A stretch of 64,000 nt of DNA from assembly GCA_951406725.2 (NCBI GenBank), contig OX597841.1:20522001-20586000 (forward strand), in the 5' to 3' direction. Positions 41,348 to 54,790 of the stretch are shown in pieces (the first letter of the stretch is position 1; each line of letters starts with the position of its first letter). Under the pieces are notes generated by a model. The model searched no databases, was not told the origin of the DNA, and saw only the letters and a list, made by a program, of their open reading frames with translations. Both the position numbers and the translations under genes were made by a program. Origin of the DNA: Octopus vulgaris (Eukaryota).

Positions 41348-43235
41348 TCATATGTTGTGGTGTGTGTTAGTGCTCCATTCTAGCTTTCTATTCAGGCTAG
41401 GTTTATTTTCTATTATGTGTGTAGCTTCTGTAAGTTGTCTAATTGTTGCATCTGTTCTATGTGTGGACAATATTTTAATTTCTATGTTATTGATTGACCC
41501 CCTGTGTTCCTGTTCGGCATGTTGGTACAGAATCGATGAGCTTTTACCTCCCTTGAGTTGTCTCCAATGCTCATTTACCCGCTCTCCTATGCTTCTTGCC
41601 GTTTCCCCTACGTATGTCGTCTTGTTACTGCATCGTCCCTCTATACATCTTATACTATAGACTACATTTCTGGCTTTACAGTTTGTTTGTGGGCTAAATC
41701 TACATACAGTACAGTACTTATCCGTACAGGGGGTTCTACTAAAAGGATAGGTTCTACCAATTATAGATTTGATAGGGTTACCTGGCTTTTCAACAACCTT
41801 AATTTTTGGCTTAAGTTTGTCTAGGGTCCTTCTAAAGCGGTATGCCAGTTCACCTCCAGGGGTGGTGTCAACGAACATGACACTCTGGTATTTATGGCTA
41901 TCATACCAAGAGTTGGCCTTCCCTATTTTCTTTTTTGTCCTTTCTATAGTGTTCCATGACTTGTTCCTATAGAGTGGGCAAATCCCATTCCTATCATTAC
42001 ATAATATATTATCAAATTTCTTCATGGCTCCTTTGTATACTCTGATCCTTTCTTTATGGCTGTAACCTGAGAACTGCATGCGGTGAATGAAATACTGTAT
42101 GTGTCTCTTTAACTCTGTGGGCTCGCACATGCGTGACACATTTCTCATTATTCTGATGAGGTCTGCCATCAAAATATTGAATTTGGCATTGTCCGCAATG
42201 GCTGAGTTCCGGTGGATCAAGTATGCTGAGGCCATAAGTTTGGCATAGTATGAATGAAGGATTTAGGTTTTATTTTTCACAATTTCTAGCCAGAGTTCAG
42301 TGTCTAGTACTGGTAGTCTATGGTTGGGGTGTTTAGTGGGGTAGTCTATTGTGACCTTAATATTCTGGTGGATGGAGTTAGCTATTTGCTGGATGCTCTC
42401 CATAGTATTAGTTTCTATTACTATATCAACATTACTCTCTTGTGGGGGTGCCTTTACCACTATGTTGATATCATCAACATAGCGAGTGTACATGTTTACG
42501 AGTATGGAGTTCTGTGTTAGGCGTTCTTTAAGCCTTCTGTCCCACCATAACATGAAAAGGTTGGCCACATCACCAGCGATACTAACGCCGATGGCTGCCC
42601 CCTCGTCCTGGGCATATATTTTATTATTAAACTTAAACGTGTGGCCTTTTAGGGTAACTCTTATACTAGCTCCTAGTGCATGTGCGATCATTTTCTTTAT
42701 CTGATGGACATTTGTGGGGCTCCGTATGGCTCTGGTCCATCCGCGCCATCTTTCTATATGTATCTTCCTAGCCATAGAAGTAATTGTGGGCGGTCTACCT
42801 CTTAAACATCTACTGGGGCAGAAACTACTAAGATTATGTTTATCTAAGTATTCATTATTACATGTCAGTCTAAGTAGGAGGCCCAGTTCTTCTGTGTTGA
42901 CATTACGGAACTCCACCTGGCTCTCATTGATCATCTCCACGCACTTCTCCACCGCAAAATCTACGTCGATCGATGGGTATAGGGATACCACATCCATGCT
43001 ACCCACCATACATCCTGTCAGGTCACAAGTGTTGTTACAGTCATCGATCCTGCTGAGATCTTCTGTGCTGTCACAAACATCAGGTGACATCCGGATTATA
43101 GGGCATATGATCATTGAGAGGAAGTAGGAGATTCTGTAATTGCTAGCGATATTCGCTCCACAGACTGGTCTTGTTGGTGGTCCTGCTATAGGGTCAGTAA
43201 TTACTTTATGGTCCTTGCGAAGTCGATACAGTGCC
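41348..43235 (-). pseudogene. PLE RT / GIY-YIG ORF with one in-frame TAA at 42263
   Basis: RKDHK, TRPVCGA, SMDVVSLYPSI, GAAIG, YTRYVDD, LPVLD, then *ILHSYYAKLMAS in the same frame, FVDTTPGGELA, CTDKYCTVC, VVYSIRC, YVGETARS, PSLNRK. Confidence 0.93.
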
Positions 43236-43742
43236 AGGATATCATTGTAAAGCCAGAAATGTAGTCTATAGTATAAGATGTATAGAGGGACGATGCAGTA
43301 ACAAGACAACGACATACATAGGGGAAACGGCAAGATGCATAGGAGAGCGGGTAAATGAGCATTGGAGACAACTCAAGGAAGGTAAAAGCTCATCGATTCT
43401 GTACCAACACGCCAAACAGGAACACGGGGTATCAATCAATAATATAGAAATTAAAATATTATCCACACATAGATCAGATGCAACAATTAGACAAGCATAA
43501 TAATAAGTGGATGTAAACACATGAACAAAATAAGAATAAACAAAAACAACAAAAACAAAATACAAATTACATGAATGTATATAAACAGAAGATACAAATA
43601 TTACAAGCATCCCCCCCACACACACTAAATAAACATAGACGCACATAGAGATATAAGCATGCGCAAATGAAGACATACAATAGAAATACAAAATGGCTGA
43701 TGGTTAGTAAGGAGAGACACAAGTAAGTGAGAAGAAAACAAA

Positions 43743-43787
43743 GGACCACTGATGCGGTCACAGGAGTGTGACGAAAGAACTCTGGCC
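43743..43787 (+). ncRNA. Variant hammerhead motif, second copy
   Basis: ggacca CTGATGC g gtcac aggagt gtgac GAAAG aa CTC tggcc. Confidence 0.55.
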
Positions 43788-43901
43788 GAAATAAGATTAA
43801 GATTAATGTAAAAAATAAATGACACTGAAGCAAAGTAACACCAAATATATAGTGCGTGTGTTTTTATTGGCTAAACTGGCAAAATGACCATTCCGAAATA
43901 T

Positions 43902-43941
<40 letters not shown>

Positions 43942-43989
43942 TTTATTTAAAGCAGCAGAAAATTTAACAAAACCTGTTACTCTGAGTTT

Positions 43990-44222
43990 TGAGTGTGGTC
44001 GTTGCCAGAATCGCCTGACTGGTCAGTTGCGTAAAAAGCACCCACTACACTCTCGGAGTGGTTGGCATTAGGAATGGCATCCAGCTGTAAAAACTTTGCC
44101 AGATCAGATTGAGCCTGGTGCAGCCATCTGGTTCGCCAGTCCTCAGTCAAACCGTCCAACCCATGCCAGCATGGAAAGCGGACGTTAAACGATGATGATG
44201 ACGATGACGACGATGACGACGA
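43990..44222 (+). mobile_element. RTE LINE 3' tail
   Basis: Shared tail ending (GAT/GAC)n. Confidence 0.75.
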
Positions 44223-44289
44223 TATATTCTTTTATTTGTTTCAACCATGCAGCTGAAACACCCCATGTGATTTTGTACTTTTACACATC

Positions 44290-45060
44290 ATTCTTCTTTG
44301 GCTGGTTTCTCCAGGATGGTGGGAGTTCATATCACCACTCCTGCAAATGCTTTTTCCTTGGTTGTTGGCCCATTTGACACTGCTACCCTCCTCTATACAT
44401 CATGCTGGTTCATCCAGTGTTGTAGTGAGGAGAATGTCCAGTTTCTTTTTGAAGACCACCACATCCACATTGTGCAGATTTGTTCATTTTCTTGGCAGGA
44501 CATTGAAGAACTGTAGGCTTTTGAACCCTAGTCTATTGCAGTACCTGGTCCTGACTTTTGATGGAATGGACAGTACTCTTGGCACAATACAATGGCATCC
44601 AGTTCAGGCATTTATATAGCACTCAATACTGAAATTAGGTGCTAGCCCTTCCAAAATTTCCTATATGTAGATTATTACATATCTGTCACATCTTTATTCC
44701 AAGGAGTAAAATTGTAATTCATCTGCTGCACTGTTTTAGTGTCGTGAGTTGGAGTACTTCAAGCTCTGCTGTTAGTTTGGCACTGTGTGATGACCACAGC
44801 TGAAAGCAGTAGTACAGGGGCTTCAGAACAAAGGACCTTAGTATCCATCATGTCACTTGACTGCACTTTGTTACCATCTCAGTAATGTTTATATGAAATG
44901 GTACATCATCACACACACTCATCCCGCCAAGTCTTTCACCACCTGTGACTCTCGGATTGCGGTGGTTTCGGGTCCTGCATTTGCTGGCTGTAGTGCATTA
45001 GTGAGCTGATAGCACACTGCTTGAAATTTCCCAGTATTAAACTGCATGTGAAATGAACAC
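44290..45060 (-). pseudogene. Decayed CR1-group RT C-terminus
   Basis: Similar to 21119-21733 (ccacagctg...cagta, LFNVLP, ILEG); boundaries approximate. Confidence 0.55.
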
Positions 45061-45238
45061 TTGTATATTGCATTTAACAACTATTTAACATTTGGGAGAT
45101 TGAAGTCACTCTGGAGAAGTATTTGATGTGTTGGTTCCTATGTGTCTGAGGCCATCCTCAAATTTACCATCAAGTTTCAAGGCATTTGGTGGATGACATT
45201 TTGAGTATATAACTACATCAATTTGCTTTATATGTATT

Positions 45239-48200
45239 ACTAGCTTAAGCTGACCCGCTCTACACGCGGGTAAGAGTGTGGTTGCTACTTTCTGTTTCTT
45301 CCTTTCTGTTTTTTATCACCACATTCTCCCTCTTTGTTTCTCTCTCTTTTCTCTCTCACTTTCCCACTCTCTTACTCTTCCTTTCTCTCGGACCCTCTTA
45401 TTCTCTATCTTTCTCTATCTATCTCTCTCCCATTTATAAACAACAAAAGATCTTGAGTAAGTTGAGAGAGATAATATTATCAAAGATCAATCATAAATAT
45501 CAGGCAGTGGCAATGGAAAGGTCTGCTTCAAGGTGGACAGCAAAAACACTAACATTTAAAAGGACAGACGAACTTGCGAGCTGAATAAAAATAAAAAAAA
45601 ATATTGGAAACCAAAGTTTTAAGGGATAGAATCTGAGGATTGTAGACTCACCATGGCTGGCATTTCTTAACGACGGACAGCAACATAGTGGCAATTTAAC
45701 AGCTGACGTAAAATTTTGAACTTGATGTAAAAGAAAATTCCTAAACATCAAGTTTTGAAGTGATTCTTTCTCACGACAGGCATTCAAAACTTCTTCATGA
45801 TGGACAGCAGCACATTGCCAATTTAAAGGCTGGTGCAAATTTTTTAGCTTGATGTAATAGAATTCCTAAACCCCATGCTCCTGTAAATCTTAATCCCCTT
45901 CCAGCCCCATTTAGACCCCTTTTCACATTTTGGTTAATATAACCCAATTTCATTCGGGTCTACTCGGGCCATATTTTATAAGATGAGGAATTTCGTCCTA
46001 GAGGTCACACCTTTCATTTGAGGAAAAAAATAGTTGCCATGCAAACTCGCCAGCACTTTTAACATAGTTGTGCATATTTTCAGCTCAACTGACCACATAA
46101 TGCACACATCATATATATATATATATACGCATTAAATAAATATATGTACATATATACGCATTATATATATATATGTGTGTGTACATATATAACCCAATAA
46201 ATATCTGATTCCTAATATTTGTTCTCATGATTGTGTGGTGGTTGTCGTGACGATAATAATTCTCTCTATGAATGCAGACAGATGTACAGAGAGAGAGTGA
46301 GAGAGACAGAGAGAGAGTGAGGTGGGAGAAAGAGTGACAGAGCTGGCGAAGGTGGTGGGAGAAAGAGAGTGGAAGCTGTCAAACGTCGTTATAGATCGAA
46401 ATTGGAGGGAAGGGAGGAAAGAGAGAGAGAGACGGGGGAAGACAGGCAGATATGCGAAAGTGAGAAATGACAATTCATAATATTTGTTCTCATGATTGTG
46501 TGGTGGTTGTGGTGATAATAATTCTCTCTATGAATGCAGACAGAGGTACAGAGGAAGAGAGAGGGGAATGTGGGAGAAAGACTGACAGAGCTGGCGAAAA
46601 CGGTGGGGAAAAGATAGTAGAAGCTGTCAAACGTCGTTATAGAGAGAAAGTGAAGGGAAGGGAAGAAAGAGAGAGAGAGAGAGACGGAGGAAGACAGTCA
46701 GATAAGAGAAAGAGAGAAACGACACACACTTGTCAAAGTGTGAGGGTTTTTTGCCCAAGTAACCACAGCTTTTGAGATAGGGATTTCTAATCTAACCCAC
46801 TCACATCATCGCCTCTTTTTACATGTCCCTGTAAATTTTGGAGCGAATCCGACGGGATCTAGTGCCCTTTAACCCGTTTCAATGCCAAAACCAGACAAAC
46901 AAACAAACTTTTCGCATTTCAAATTTATAATATAGACTAGCTGAAGGTGACCCGCTCTACGCGCGGGTAAGAGTGTGGTTGTTACTTTCTGTTGCTTCCT
47001 TTCAGCACGTAAAAAGCACCATCCGAACGTGGCGGATTGCAGCGCCGCCTTGACTGGCTTCTGTGCTGGTGGCACGTAAAAAGCACCAACCGATCGTGGG
47101 CGTTGCCAGCCCCCCTGGCACCTGTGCGGGCGGCACGAAAAAAGCACCCACTACGCTCCCAGAGTGGTTGGCGTTAGGAAGGGCATCCACCTGTAGAAAC
47201 ACTGCCAGATGAAAACTGGAGCCTGGTGCAGCCTCCTGGCTTCCCAGACCCCGGTCAAACTGTCCAACCCGTGCTAGCACGGAAAACGGACGTTAAACGA
47301 TGATGATGATGATGATGATGATTCTCCCTCTTTGTTTCTCTCTCCTTTCTCTCTCACTTTCCCCATTCTCTTACTCTTCCTTTCTCTCGGACTCTCCCTC
47401 GCTTTCTCTTACTCTCTATCTTTATCTCTCTCCCTCCCATTTATAAACAACAAAAGATCTTGAGTAAGTTGAGAAATAAAATATTTAGAAAGATCAATCA
47501 TAAATATCAGGCAGTAACAACGGAAAGGTCTGCTTCAAGGCAGACAGCAAAACACTAACATTTAAAAGGGACAGACGAACTTGCGAGCTGAATAAAAATA
47601 ATAAAATATTGGAAACCAAAGTTTGAAGGGATAGAATCTGAGGGTAGTAGAGTCAGCATGGCTGGCATTTCTTAACGACGGACAGCAACGTTTTGACAGT
47701 TTAACGGCTGGTGTAAAATTTTGAACTTGATGTAAAAGAAAATCCCTAAACACCAAGTTTTGAAGTGATTCTTTTTCACAACAGTAGACTCACCATGGCA
47801 AGCATTCAAAACTTCTTCATCATGGATGGCAACACATTGACGATTAAAAGGCTGGCGCAAATTTTTTAGCTTGATGTAACAGAGAATTCCTAAACACCCG
47901 CTCCTTTAAATTTTAATCCCCTTCCAGCCCCATTTAGACCCCTTTTCACATTTTGGTTAATATAACGCGATTTCATTCGGGTGTACTGGGGCCACATTTT
48001 ATAAGATGAGGAATTTTGTCCTAGAGGTCACGCCTTTCATTTGAGGAAAAAAAATAGTTGTCATGCAAACTTGCCAGCACTTTTAACATAGGTCTGCATC
48101 TATGTATGTGTGTGTGTGTGTGTGTGTGCGTGTGTGTGTATGTATGTGTGTGTGTATGTATGTGTGTATGTGTGTATGTATGTGTGTGTGTATGTATGTA

Positions 48201-50487
48201 TTTCCATTGAGTCAACCTCATTATAGCAGACCGTTACATAGACAGGCAAAGGTACATACATACATACACACACACACATACATACACACACACATACACA
48301 CACACACATACATAGATACATACACACACACACACATACATGCATACATGCATGCACACGCACGCACTACAAAAACCGAGTAAAAAATTTCAGTTATCTC
48401 TTTCTTTCACACAGACAGATACATAAAAGAAGGCCGTTTGTATGAAATAGAGTGAGTATTGTGTGGTGGTGGCGGTGATAATTATCATTAGGAAAAAGAG
48501 TGAGTGAGTGAGGAAGACATATACATAAGTTGTGGCGATGATAATTCTCCCTTTGAATGCAGACAGATACATCAAAGAAAACCGTCTGACGAACTTATAA
48601 AGGGAAAGTGAAAGGGAGTTGAGGGAAATACATTAAATAACAGGAGTGGACTTCTCAAAGTTATGAATGAAGGGGAGTAAGAGAGGGAAAGGAGGAAATA
48701 GCGTGAGTGAGGAAGATGGCCCCTAGCAACCACACCTTTTAAGCTAGGGATTTCTAAGGTAGCCCACGGGCATCGTCACCTCATTCTACATGTCCCTGTA
48801 AATTTTGGGGCGAATCGGACGGGACGTAGTGGCATTGAAAGCGATCCAAGCGGTAAAAACGCATTTCAGTTTTATATAGAGAGACTAGCTTAAGGTGACC
48901 CGCTCTACACGCGGGTGCTGTTTTGGTTGTTGGACCAATGTATTAATGTAGCATTGTTTTATTGTTTTAAAACGAAAGAGGCAATGCGTTTATTTCTATA
49001 AAAAAAAGACAAACGTCCGCCAATGGAAAGACAGTTCATATTCGATTAGAGCCCTCTGGGTAAAATCATAAAATTGAAAAATGGAATTTCGGAGGCGAAT
49101 ATTGTCGAGGACTCTAAACAAATAAAGTTTTTTAACCTGCAGGAAGATAGTTTAAACCAAAAAAGGCAGACTGTAAACTTACATCTGCAAAAGTGTATGA
49201 AATTAGAATTCACACCCAGCTCAGTTTTGTAGAAAGAGTATCACGACGTGAACGCATGAGTTGGGAGTTTGACTGAGAGAGGTTATATGGTGACACATGC
49301 CAGTTCTTTCGACACCACCTAAACAATGAAACAGTGTATAAAATGTAATTAATAACTCATTCACTTTATGAATGTCTTATGTTGGCGAAGAAACAATAAC
49401 TTGACAAAACCGTTCAAAGGAATCGGAAAATGGGGAATAAAGAGACGAATGAGTTGGATCAAATGTTTGCAGACATCTAACCCAATCTTCTTTATGAACC
49501 ATGTTCTTTTTATAAGAATGAAGAGATAATCAAGACATGCAGAAGAAACGACAATCGTACAGTGAGAGGGGTGGTGGAAGAAAGAGTAACAGACGCTATC
49601 AAACGACGTTATAGAGCGAACGTGAAAGGAAGGGAGAAAAGAGAGAGAGACAGAGGAAGAAAAGGTCATATATGAAAGAGAGAAGACTTGTCAAAGTGTG
49701 CGTTTTTTGCCCTAATAACCACAGCTTTTAAGATAGGGATTTCTAACCTAGCCCACTCGCATCCTCACCTCATTTTACGTGTCCCTGTAAATTTTAGAAG
49801 AAAGAGTAACAGAGAGACGGCGAAGCTGTCAAACGTAAGTGAAGGGAAGGGGGAAAGGAGAGAGATCGAGGAAGAAAAGGTGATATATGAAAGAGAGGAC
49901 TGAAAAATGAAATATTTTGAAACCTAAAGATGATTTGTTTTAAGAGAAAGATTCACATGGTTGTGTTTTGATGGTGGTGGTGGAAGCGATGATAATTCTC
50001 TTTATGAATGCAGACAGACGTAGAGAGAGAGAGAAAGAGCGCTTGCGAAGGCGGCAGAGGAAAGATAGTAGACGCTATCAAACGACGTTATAGAGTGAAC
50101 GTGAAAGGAAGGAAGGAAAGAAAGAGAGAGATGGAGGAAGACAGGCAGATAATAGAATGCGAAGGCGGCGGGGGAAAGATAATAGACGCTGTGAAACGAC
50201 GTTATAGAGAGAAGGTTAAAGGAAGGGAGGAAAGAAAGAGAGAGATGGAGAAAGACAGACACATAAAAAAATGAGAGTTAGACTTGTCAAAGTGTGCGTT
50301 TTTGGCCCTAGCAACGACACCTTTTAAGATGGGGATTTCTAACCTAGCCCACTTGCATCCTCACCTCATTTTACATGTCCCTGTAAATTTCGGAGTCAAT
50401 CCGACGGGATGTAGTGGCCTTTAACCCGTTCTCAATGCCAAAACCAGACAAACAAACTTTTTGCATTTCAGAATTATAACATAGAGA
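45239..50487. mobile_element. Head-to-tail array of three Helitron/Helentron-like non-autonomous elements
   Basis: Start actagct(t/g)aag(c/g)tgacccgctctac at 45239, 46936 and 48884; ends gcatttca...tataga-type at ~46935, ~48880 and ~50487; RTE tail inserted at 47005-47321. Confidence 0.65.
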
Positions 50488-50519
50488 TATTAAAGTGCCA
50501 CAAACTGAATTTGAGTGTG

Positions 50520-51790
50520 AGAAAAGTACAAGGTTCAAGGTTGCTTTCTCTTCTGTCTGTATGAAATACAATATACCCTGGAATGTATCTTTTCACATCT
50601 GTTATATTAGATGTTAGATGCATTTCTATAAGTGCCATGCATATTGCTTGATTGCATGCAATAAGCTCTTTCAGATAAAAAGTTTTACCTAAGTTACTAA
50701 GTTGTAATAGACCTCCAATATTTAGTAGAAATATGGGTGCTATACTCAAGTAGTTGTTACTGGTGTTTGTGGTGGTCATCCTGGGTCCATCACCTGTGAT
50801 GGTCTTCTGTATTGAAATGCATGGCTTTGATTTTGCATTTTTTGCAGCCATGTCAGTTGCTATATTATCTTCTGGCCAAGCTCAAAAAAGCTTCCTGCTC
50901 AATAGCTGTAGTTTGCACAGCCTCTGCATATTGCCTTTTGAGGGGTGAAGAGGGCATGTATTAATTCCTTTTCTTATTCTTATGGGATCTGTTGCTCTCT
51001 GTTGGTGCACTATAAGACTGCAGGTCCATGTTTGATGATTTCTCTCTTCTGTGTTCTAGCTGGTTTTGTTAGGGGCAGTTACCCTGCTTGTTATTCTAAT
51101 AAGACTTAGGATGAGAAAAGTTACAATTTCTTCCTTTTTCTCCATGCCAACAGGTGCCATTTACATCAAATTTACAGACAATCTGAGTTCTGTCAGTTTT
51201 TGTCCTTGTATTTGTTCATTTCACTTTTTGATATTCCAAGTCTTTGTTTTTGTTTTCAGTTTCAGGCTTGGGGACAACATGGCTCTTTCTCATTTCCCCA
51301 ACCTATTTCCCCAACTCTGTTATTCACTACAATTTTGTTTTAACTGTTATCATTACAGCCACTGCTGCTTTCAGTACCACTTTAAGACGGATGGCATTTG
51401 TAGTTGCTTTCTTGATGTCATCAGTTTGACCTTCATAGGTTTCTAAATATGTGATGTTTTCATTGACTACTTTCTTTCTTTCATAATACTGTCTAGGAGA
51501 CTGAGGTGTGGCTGGACAAGAGCATAGGAGCATATGAACTCCTATTTTTTCCATACAATTTGGAAACTGAAACTTTTTAGGGCCACTGCTATGAAATCAT
51601 TTGGAAGTGATCCTTCAACCATGCGCCACACTTGATGAAAGAGACAAAGTTCTTTGATTTGCCAATTTCTACACATCTCTTGCTTCCCAACTGGCTCAGT
51701 ATAAATTTGCAGCTGTTGGTATCCATTTGTTGATATTTTGTAATGTGAAAAGGTGTAAAATATTATTGAAAGGTTTAATAAGTCCACCAT
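50520..51790 (-). pseudogene. LINE 5' part: ORF1 remnant and N-terminus of AP endonuclease
   Basis: LLNIGGL...KTFYLKEL...MALIEMHL...IPGYIVFHTDR (APE motifs); upstream Cys-rich remnants. Confidence 0.6.
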
Positions 51791-51919
51791 TTGCAAAGAA
51801 AAAAGAGAAGAAACTATTTCTAAGGAGAGGTAGGAAAGAAAGAGTGAGAGTTTAAAGAGCAAGGCACACACAGACAAACATAAGCGCATGTGCACACACA
51901 CACACACACAGAGGAGAGG

Positions 51920-52230
51920 ACCACCCTCACCCCCCCTTTGGTCATGAATGACCATGGATTTGCCCCTAGAAAGTTCCCTTCCAAAGTACAAGTCCAAGCA
52001 ATGTTGTTTATAGAAGACCAGGCGCTGGCCATACACACAAGCCTCCCCTCTACTGATATTGTCCAAGGGAAAGGCAAAGGAAGATACAACTTGGCACCAG
52101 AGACAACTGGAGTAACAGGAAATAATGTCTTGCTCAAAACACAATACACAGCCCGGTCTGGGATTCGAACTTACTACCTCATGGTGTGTGTAAAGGCACA
52201 TGACTCTAACCACTGAACCATGTGCCTTCA
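51920..52230 (-). mobile_element. SINE family C, diverged
   Basis: Matches 35413-35740. Confidence 0.78.
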
Positions 52231-52322
52231 CACACACACTCACAACACACGTATATATACATTATAAAGAAAGTCAGGAGGTATGAGATGAATATAGCGA
52301 TTTCATTAGTTAATATCTATAA

Positions 52323-52482
52323 GATTACAATTGTTTTGCAGCCAATATTATTGAAAAATGTTTATTTTAGTTAATAATAAATTATTTTACATGTCTGTAT
52401 TAGTGTATATGTTATAAATTATAAAGTACTATTGTACAATTTACAAAGGTAATACAGGTAAAGAAGGCTAGCTCGTCAGATC
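52323..52482 (-). ncRNA. Type I hammerhead motif with G12A lesion and long stem II
   Basis: gat CTGACGA gctagcc...ggctgc AAAAC aatt GTA atc; stem III ACAATTGT. Confidence 0.62.
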
Positions 52483-52587
52483 ATAGAATACTATGGTTTC
52501 ATCCAGTGACTGACTGGGTCTAAAAATATTGGTTGCCAGGAGACTAAGGGATCCCACCTTAGTTCAATGCTATCATTTAATTTTTAT

Positions 52588-53368
52588 AATGAGAATGGAT
52601 GAAGATAGTTGTGTGAAAAAGTGCCACACCCTAGCGGTTGAGGGAACCTGCGGAAGAGGCAGACCCAGGAAAACCTGGGACGAGGTGGTGAAGCATGACC
52701 TTCGAACTTTAGGTCTCACTGAGGAAATGACTAGAGACCGGGACCTCTGGAAGTGTGCTGTGCGCGAGAAGACCCGGCAGGACAAGTGAGTCCATAACCC
52801 ATGGCCTTCTACATGGGATGGAGCCAGCCTATGTATGCATACCTTCCCTTCTTGGGACACAAAACTCTACTTGTGAAGACCTGTTGAGGCAAGTGAGGAT
52901 CAGAATCGAAATCGATCAATGGAAATTGCAGATGTGTTACCAGTGCCGGTGGCATGTCGAAACTCTACTTGTGAAGACCCGTTGAGGCAAGTGAGGATCA
53001 GAATCGAAATCGATCAATGGAAATTGCAGATGTGTTACCAGTGCCGGTGGCATGTAAGAGAACCTTCCGTTTCGCGACCGTTGCCAGCGCCACCCCGACT
53101 GGCCTCGTGCCGGTGGCACGTAAAAAGCACCATCCGTTCGTGGCCGTTTGCCAGCTCTGTCTAGCACCTGTGCGGGTGGCACGTAAAAAGCACCCACTAC
53201 ACTCACGGAGTGGTTGGCGTTAGGAAGGGCATCCAGCCGTAGAAACACTGCCAGATTTGACTGGGCCTGATGAAGCCTTCTGACTTCACAGACCCCAGTA
53301 GAACCGTCCAACCCATGCTAGCATGGAAAACAGATGCTAAACGATGATGATGAGGATGATGATGATGA
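52588..53368 (+). mobile_element. RTE LINE 3' end (ORF C-terminus, 3' UTR, (GAT)n)
   Basis: VEGTCGRGRPRKTWDEVVKHDL...DRDLW; ~98-bp tandem duplication within the UTR at 52862-53055. Confidence 0.88.
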
Positions 53369-54099
53369 ATGAATAAATAAAATTTTCAAAAAATACATAA
53401 ATGGAAACAAAAAGGTGCAATTCAAATGTTTGTGAAAAAAATGTACATTTTTCAATAATTACAATGTATATGTACTGTATACATTTTTGGCAGTATACAG
53501 ATTGTAAATTCAGAATGCATTTTTAAACAAATGTTTTGGTGAGTATTTAATATATTGTTATTTTGAAAATTTTTAACCAAACTGAAAATAATGACCAATA
53601 AATCTATAAATCAATTTCATTATTATTAATGAAGACTTTATTGTTAAAAAGATAGTTGTGTTTTCTTATGAGAATCACAGCATTGCAGCCAATACCACGT
53701 CTTCTTACATATACAACATTTTACGAAAGTGATTTCTTTCAACCAACTTGTTCATATATTGTTTTTAATTAAACGTACATATGGCAAATATTCTATCACC
53801 ACCGCTTCAATTGCTCCAGCCTATCTAAAAATAAAGGATAAATTTACATGATTTTGATTTCTTCTACTGCTAATATTTTACTTCCTTCTATTATTCTTTT
53901 TTTCCTACTCTTGCCCTTACTTTTTTTTATAAAACCCTTATGACATTTTCAAAATAGCAGTATAACATATACCAATTTTTTAAAGTTTTAAATAATTAGT
54001 GGATATTTTAAAATAGTTTACTTGTATTGTACACTTTACACATTAACAGATAGTTCAAATGTACAAAGCTTGAATTACATACAGTCCACTATACTAAGC

Positions 54100-54790
54100 G
54101 CAATCGTTTGAGTTCATTAAATGATTATGCAAGTCTGTCAATAATTGCTTCAGTATCCAGTTCATCTAACAATTCATTTTCAATGGATAGCAACATGTAT
54201 GCTTCCAAGTTCTCATCAGACAACGAATTCTTATCCTTTGAAAACGTTCTCTCACATTGGACTTGTTCACTGATAGTGTGCAGATGACTTTATAAAGTTC
54301 ATAAAAGTTACCATATGCCTTGTCGTAAAGTCCGTTGGATGCCAGAATTTTTAGTAGACATGATGGACAAGTGCTGCAAATTTTATAGTTGTTGCACCTG
54401 TCAAGAAATAGCTTTAATACATCAAAGTTTGAAGCAAAAGAAAATTTCAATTTTACTTAATCTTTGCTGATTTGTGGAAACAACTTAATAATACCTTGCA
54501 AGGCCCTTTCTCTGCAATAGTTTTTAACCTAGCTGGGTCCAAACATGATAAATCTTTATACAACTGTTTGTACTGTACAAATTTTGATTCTACTGACTTG
54601 ACAATGCAATCCATTATTAGGTTAAACACATTTACTTGAAAATCAGCTAAAGAATCAGAGGAACTTTCTTCATCATTAACAAACTCATCTGCCATTCTTT
54701 TCTTCTTCCTTTGTCTTAACTGGTAATGCTTTTTCCAAAGTATCAATTTCCAATGTCTGATTTTCATCTCTCATTTTTAAGTATTCTAGT
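54100..54790 (-). pseudogene. hAT transposase C-terminal remnant
   Basis: RKKKRMADE, FQVNVFNLIMD, LSCLDP, YGNFYELYKVICTLSV...ERF (dimerisation-domain-like). Confidence 0.7.

Larger units (their letters stand above)
40467..43906 (-). mobile_element. Penelope-like retroelement, 5'-truncated, with inverted partial copy
   Basis: RT plus GIY-YIG on the - strand; 43245-43906 is an inverted copy of the endonuclease and 3' region; both 3' ends run into (TA)n; SINE fragment inserted at ~41030-41170. Confidence 0.93.

Noticed and set aside
41352-43833. Antisense ORFs overlapping the PLE and its 3' region
   Set aside because: Shadows of the RT/endonuclease frame or low-complexity UTR; no recognisable motifs.
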